Sequence record: OQ359885.1 | From: Salmonella phage vB_SenS_UTK0006 | Strand: one strand, 5' to 3' | Length of the DNA: 49,025 nucleotides | Made by a program: the position numbers and the translations under genes | The notes under the pieces: generated by a model | Told to the model about the DNA's origin: nothing | The model's input: only the letters and a program-made list of their open reading frames with translations | The model's database searches: none | Part shown: positions 45,507 through 49,025 of the stretch, piece after piece | How the letters are laid out: each line of letters begins with the position of its first letter | How positions within the stretch are numbered: position 1 is the stretch's first letter

Positions 45507-46199
45507 TTTCTGATTTGCCAGGCATACAGCAAGCGCAAAGCCGCGCGGAGTGAGTGAGCGTATCAGCTTTGTTCGCTTAGACTTACCTCCTAGCTTTTGC
45601 CATCCTGGATTGTTGTTCCCTGTTGGCAATACTGCGTTTGTATCCGGCATCACAAAACCGTTACCCGTCCAAAGGCAAGTTTTTTTGGTGTACGCATCGC
45701 GAGCAGGAATGATTTCAGGAAAGTGAGGATGCTTATCATCTTCCGGCAACAAACCGCCAAACGCGCAAGGATGAAAGATAAAATCAGGTTGCCGCCACAT
45801 CGACGACAGGACGCTAACAGGATTCTCGATCATGTATGGAACGTTGAACCAATCCGCAATTTCAGCCGCAATCTTGCATGTTGAAACGGCCTTATCCTGG
45901 AATAGCGGATCACGTTCACGCTTTGCGGCAAAGTGACGCGAACCGCTAACAGCTAAATCAGTGCATGGAGGAAACGCGATCACAAAATCAGGCTTGCCGT
46001 AAACCTCATTGCGAGCCTTAAAGCTGAAATCTGAATCAATCCAAACGTTTACATACTCAATGTTTGGATGACTTACGCGCACTGAATGGTAATCACCATG
46101 ATCGGCATCATCATAATTGAAACAGATTACTTTGTGACCACGTTCAGCCCACGGCAACGCATCATAACCGGAACCGCTAAAAAGAGAAAAAACTAACAT
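45504..46199 (-). CDS. C5-cytosine-type DNA methyltransferase-like protein
   Basis: MLVFSLFSGSGYDALPWAERGHKVICFNYDD...PDFVIAFPPCTDLAVSG...ENPVS; start chosen with GAAGG RBS; track ORF extends to 46283; stop TAG opens site 13. Confidence 0.7.
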   Translation of the reverse strand: MLVFSLFSGSGYDALPWAERGHKVICFNYDDADHGDYHSVRVSHPNIEYVNVWIDSDFSFKARNEVYGKPDFVIAFPPCTDLAVSGSRHFAAKRERDPLFQDKAVSTCKIAAEIADWFNVPYMIENPVSVLSSMWRQPDFIFHPCAFGGLLPEDDKHPHFPEIIPARDAYTKKTCLWTGNGFVMPDTNAVLPTGNNNPGWQKLGGKSKRTKLIRSLTPRGFALAVCLANQK

Positions 46200-46307
46200 A
46201 CTTAAATCCTTCGTGTATGGCCTTGTGAGGCGTTTTGTTTGTGGTGTCGCAACTGTATTGGCTACGGCCTGAAATCGCGCCATAATGCGAAACAGGCCGC
46301 TATTTTT

Positions 46308-46385
46308 TTACTTACAGAATGGGCATGTTGTTTTATCCCCGCTTCCGCCGTGTTTTGGACAGCAAATTTTTTCGATAGGTGTCAT
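46308..46385 (-). CDS. 25-aa Cys-rich micro-ORF
   Basis: MTPIEKICCPKHGGSGDKTTCPFCK with AAGGAG RBS. Confidence 0.45.
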   Translation of the reverse strand: MTPIEKICCPKHGGSGDKTTCPFCK

Positions 46386-46397
46386 TTTAAATACTCC

Positions 46398-46640
46398 TTA
46401 GAATGGGAAGCAACGCTTGCAAGATGGATCGAAGTTACAACCGCAATCATTGATTATTGCGTTAGGATCAGCAAGCATCACGCTACTTTCTTGATCCATA
46501 TCCATAGCGCCTAATGCGTCATCAAGCGTTATTTCAAGATAGGCAACTTTAAGCGCCCATTCCTTGTTGAGTCCAGCCGCCTCCGCTTCATGTAGGCGAG
46601 CAAAGAAAGCATCTTGAACCATATCAACCCCACTTCTCAA
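46398..46640 (-). CDS. hypothetical protein, Cys-containing C-terminus
   Basis: 80-aa ORF ...NAIINDCGCNFDPSCKRCFPF. Confidence 0.55.
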   Translation of the reverse strand: MRSGVDMVQDAFFARLHEAEAAGLNKEWALKVAYLEITLDDALGAMDMDQESSVMLADPNAIINDCGCNFDPSCKRCFPF

Positions 46641-46845
46641 TAAACATGCTCATTTCGTCAATCATAGCGTAAGCATCGCTTTCAGTCATGCGACGGATTT
46701 TTCCGCCTGGGTGTTCGCCAACAGCGTAACCAGTTTTTACGCGGGTAATCGTTAACTGATGGAATCCAGAAGCGCGATCCATTTTCAAAACTACTTTCCC
46801 GTGAGCTTTGACAATGTTCATGATGGATTCAGTTTTCAGTTTCAT
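46624..46845 (-). CDS. hypothetical protein
   Basis: 73-aa ORF. Confidence 0.5.
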   Translation of the reverse strand: MKLKTESIMNIVKAHGKVVLKMDRASGFHQLTITRVKTGYAVGEHPGGKIRRMTESDAYAMIDEMSMFIEKWG

Positions 46846-46876
46846 TTTTGATTCTCCATTTTGTTTATGTGAAAGT

Positions 46877-46919
46877 ATGATACCAATCAGAGCGATATCG
46901 TTTTTAGCAATTCGTGCTA
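46877..46919 (-). promoter_or_regulatory. composite promoter element, site 14
   Basis: minus sense TAGCACGAATTGCTA (46905-46919), 22 nt, TATCAT (46877-46882); weak dyad. Confidence 0.65.
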
Positions 46920-47071
46920 TTTACGGCGATAAACGGATATCCTGTTAAATCTGCATTTCTATAACGTGCAGACCTAACCCAACAGCCTCCTTTACTCATA
47001 ATTAAAGCTTTTTTATGACGCAGGTTCACGCGGTAAATTCTTCCGGTTTTTATATTTTTGAAGTAGGTCAT
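46904..47071 (-). CDS. hypothetical protein, 55 aa, ending ...NSTNC*
   Basis: MTYFKNIKTGRIYRVNLRHKKALIMSKGGCWVRSARYRNADLTGYPFIAVNSTNC; stop inside site 14. Confidence 0.5.
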   Translation of the reverse strand: MTYFKNIKTGRIYRVNLRHKKALIMSKGGCWVRSARYRNADLTGYPFIAVNSTNC

Positions 47072-47319
47072 AATTTAACCTCATGATATTCTATAAATTC
47101 TTGCACATATGCGCATTCTATCGGCGACTCCTGGCCTTTTAGCACTTCACAGCCACCATTAAACAGATAGCAATGCTGGCAAAGGTTGCCGCCTACGTTT
47201 TCCTCAACGATCTGAATTCCGGTGCACAAACCGCCGCCAAACCTATGAGGAAAATCGTAAGCCTGGCAGCGGCACGTTGCTTGATGCCGCTTACGTTTCA
47301 TTACTTTGCGTTTCTCCAT
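47068..47319 (-). CDS. Cys-rich putative zinc-binding protein
   Basis: TCRCQAY...GGLCTGIQ...GNLCQHCYLFNGGCEVL. Confidence 0.55.
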   Translation of the reverse strand: MEKRKVMKRKRHQATCRCQAYDFPHRFGGGLCTGIQIVEENVGGNLCQHCYLFNGGCEVLKGQESPIECAYVQEFIEYHEVKL

Positions 47320-47549
47320 GCCTCAACTTCTGCCAGAAATTCAGCTTCATCCTTTGCAATGTCGCGTTTGCGTTGTGCTTCAATTTCTGCAATCAGAACA
47401 TCAACCAGATCCGCTTTTTTGGTCTTTGCAATCAAAGTATCATCGCGTTTAAAACTGAAAACTTTGTAGGCAAATTCCTGTACTTCCTTTTTAGTTTTTG
47501 CATTGAATGCGAAGTGTAAGACTAATTTCAGTTGGTCGATGCGTTTCAT
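47301..47549 (-). CDS. hypothetical protein
   Basis: 82-aa ORF. Confidence 0.55.
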   Translation of the reverse strand: MKRIDQLKLVLHFAFNAKTKKEVQEFAYKVFSFKRDDTLIAKTKKADLVDVLIAEIEAQRKRDIAKDEAEFLAEVEAWRNAK

Positions 47550-47580
47550 TTTAAATTCTCCGGTTCGTTTCGATGAATGT

Positions 47581-47623
47581 ATTATGCCAAAACAAACAGG
47601 ATCGCTTTTAACAAAAAGTGCTA
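47581..47623 (-). promoter_or_regulatory. composite promoter element, site 15
   Basis: minus sense TAGCACTTTTTGTTA (47609-47623), 22 nt, CATAAT (47581-47586); no strong dyad. Confidence 0.65.
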
Positions 47624-47806
47624 TTTAGTGAGTTGATCAAGCCAATATCTCATTTTTTGCCAGCGTTTAAACCATTGTCTATCTTTTGACAGTTTTTGAT
47701 CTTTACAATGAAGCATTGCATATAGCAAATACTCTTTTTCGTTTTCTATTCTCTCAATGAGTCGGCGGCACTTGCCTTTATTAGTAAAGCGGCGCAACAG
47801 TTTCAT
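47621..47806 (-). CDS. hypothetical protein
   Basis: 61-aa ORF; stop TAG opens site 15. Confidence 0.55.
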   Translation of the reverse strand: MKLLRRFTNKGKCRRLIERIENEKEYLLYAMLHCKDQKLSKDRQWFKRWQKMRYWLDQLTK

Positions 47807-48000
47807 TAATCACTCTCCATGACAATTACAGGCTCCAGGCGCTCAAGCACCACTTTGAAATCGGCGTAAAAAGTAGGGCGACGTTTTGTTAATTCCTCAT
47901 ATGTATCAGTTGCCAGGCAAGCGCGATCACCTTCATAGCACACAACGCGTTTACCATTTGCGCGACTGATTGCAACGACACGATAAGTATTCTTGATCAT
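47806..48000 (-). CDS. hypothetical protein
   Basis: 64-aa ORF. Confidence 0.55.
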   Translation of the reverse strand: MIKNTYRVVAISRANGKRVVCYEGDRACLATDTYEELTKRRPTFYADFKVVLERLEPVIVMESD

Positions 48001-48233
48001 TTCATCACCTCAATTGAATAAACATGTTCAACGCCTGGCGCGTATACCCTATTTTTATCATCAGTTACGCAAAGGCAAAGAGGCAATCCGCGATTGTCTG
48101 GAATATGCAAGTGATTTTGTTTATCCATCAAAATTTCATATTCGCGATCTTCATCAAAGCGCCAAACGCTCAACATACCATCGCCCAGCATTTTTATTTT
48201 TGCTTTCTTGCCTACAAATTTTTGACCGCTCAT
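47997..48233 (-). CDS. hypothetical protein
   Basis: 78-aa ORF. Confidence 0.55.
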   Translation of the reverse strand: MSGQKFVGKKAKIKMLGDGMLSVWRFDEDREYEILMDKQNHLHIPDNRGLPLCLCVTDDKNRVYAPGVEHVYSIEVMK

Positions 48234-48455
48234 TTATTTATCCTCCACGGTTTCAAATACGGTATTAAATGCCAGAAGTTTAAATTTCTTTCCAGGCTCA
48301 ACCACTGCGATATTCCAGGTAATTCCGCTGTGATATGCAACCATATCATCAATATCGACGGTGATTTGTGCGCCCTTCTTGAATAAACCTTTCTCATGAG
48401 TAGCGTCACGTTCAGTAACTACAGTTTCGAATTGCGTTTGTTGTTCAAAGTTCAT
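48234..48455 (-). CDS. hypothetical protein
   Basis: 73-aa ORF. Confidence 0.55.
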   Translation of the reverse strand: MNFEQQTQFETVVTERDATHEKGLFKKGAQITVDIDDMVAYHSGITWNIAVVEPGKKFKLLAFNTVFETVEDK

Positions 48456-48485
48456 CGTTGATTCTCCTGATTGGTTGATGTGTGT

Positions 48486-48528
48486 ATTATGCCGGAATCA
48501 AATCCGGCACGTTTAACAAAAAGTGCTA
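48486..48528 (-). promoter_or_regulatory. composite promoter element, site 16
   Basis: minus sense TAGCACTTTTTGTTA (48514-48528), 22 nt, CATAAT (48486-48491); dyad TGCCGGA/TCCGGCA. Confidence 0.75.
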
Positions 48529-48804
48529 TTTAGCGAAAGCAATTAAAACTTTGTGGTGAAAATGAACATCAAGTTCAACGGATTTGCAGTCATCCGTCAT
48601 CTTGATACCGTTGAACGCAATAATGATTTCACCGTTTTTTGCGTCTATGTATTGCTCAGTGTGAGCAATGCGATAAATGCGCCCTACTGCATCAATCGGA
48701 TCATCAATTTCAAAGTAAGCGCACACGGCCTTTTTGAGTAGCGCATCTTTCTTACTGTTTACGGATTCAGCGATGCTTTTTGTCAGATTTTCAATTAGTG
48801 TCAT
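48526..48804 (-). CDS. hypothetical protein
   Basis: 92-aa ORF; stop TAG opens site 16. Confidence 0.6.
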   Translation of the reverse strand: MTLIENLTKSIAESVNSKKDALLKKAVCAYFEIDDPIDAVGRIYRIAHTEQYIDAKNGEIIIAFNGIKMTDDCKSVELDVHFHHKVLIAFAK

Positions 48805-48806
48805 TG

Positions 48807-49025
48807 TTATTTCTCCTTTACTTCGTTGTATGAAATGTTGATGTGAACTGACGCATTACCGACAATCTCAGCCGTTCCCATATCAACCATGTACATCAAT
48901 TCATGTCGGCTGAATGATGTGTATTGCGGGAATCCGTTAACAACTCGCATCACAGGAAGTTCACTATATTTGCTGTTTGGTACTGCATACTCGTTGCCAG
49001 TGCTATTGATTCGTATAAGTATCAT
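48807..49025 (-). CDS. hypothetical protein, possibly extending past window end
   Basis: 72-aa ORF at window edge. Confidence 0.5.
   Translation of the reverse strand: MILIRINSTGNEYAVPNSKYSELPVMRVVNGFPQYTSFSRHELMYMVDMGTAEIVGNASVHINISYNEVKEK

Noticed and set aside
2295-47071. Conserved NSTNC C-terminus as a functional peptide signal
   Set aside because: It is simply the translation of AATAGCACGAATTGCTAA in one frame at three sites; selection on the DNA motif explains it better than selection on the peptide.
1094-48528. The regularly recurring TAGCAC repeat as a CRISPR array or transposon end
   Set aside because: Copies are kilobases apart, each sits upstream of a different gene with a -10 at constant distance, and there are no spacer-like units, transposase genes or target duplications.

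Overview
The window reads as a nearly complete tailed dsDNA phage genome with a lambda-like non-contractile tail (siphovirus-type). I found no integrase, tRNA or CRISPR array. Plus-strand structural block, ~8.7-28.8 kb: small and large terminase, DUF1073-type portal, Mu-F-like head morphogenesis, DUF2213-type protein, two tandem paralogous cement-like proteins, DUF2184-type capsid, head-tail connectors, major tail protein, G/GT-type chaperone with a textbook A_AAA_AAC -1 frameshift site and 3' stem-loop, tape measure, and tail tip L, K, I, J. Then RecE-like exonuclease, ERF-type annealing protein and SSB (29.2-31.8 kb), and a minus-strand S74-chaperone tail fibre. Replication, modification and lysis genes follow: primase-like Zn protein, HTH protein, DEAD helicase, VRR-NUC, Dam-type MTase, metallophosphoesterase, SAR endolysin, candidate unimolecular spanin, DUF3987 protein and C5-type MTase. 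Both flanks are arrays of small uncharacterised genes. MAIN FINDING: the non-structural regions carry a family of 16 composite promoter-like elements (11 plus, 5 minus). Each has a 15-bp imperfect palindrome TAGCA-N5-TGYTA, then 22 nt (21 in two cases), then a sigma70 -10-like hexamer with no recognisable -35. This puts the palindrome at about -41/-42, as for a class II activator. Most copies add a short inverted repeat that encloses or abuts the -10. Its arms differ from site to site but stay complementary (covariation). In 13 of 16 copies the stop codon of the upstream gene lies inside the palindrome (14 if a 9-codon ORF is counted). Two variant palindromes lie at sigma70-like promoters of the capsid and tail-fibre genes. 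This looks like a phage-wide regulon, possibly controlled by the HTH protein encoded beside one of the sites. A second architecture places a promoter -35 inside the loop of an intrinsic terminator, 17 nt upstream of its -10, at three late-operon junctions. All alignments were done by eye; no database search was run.
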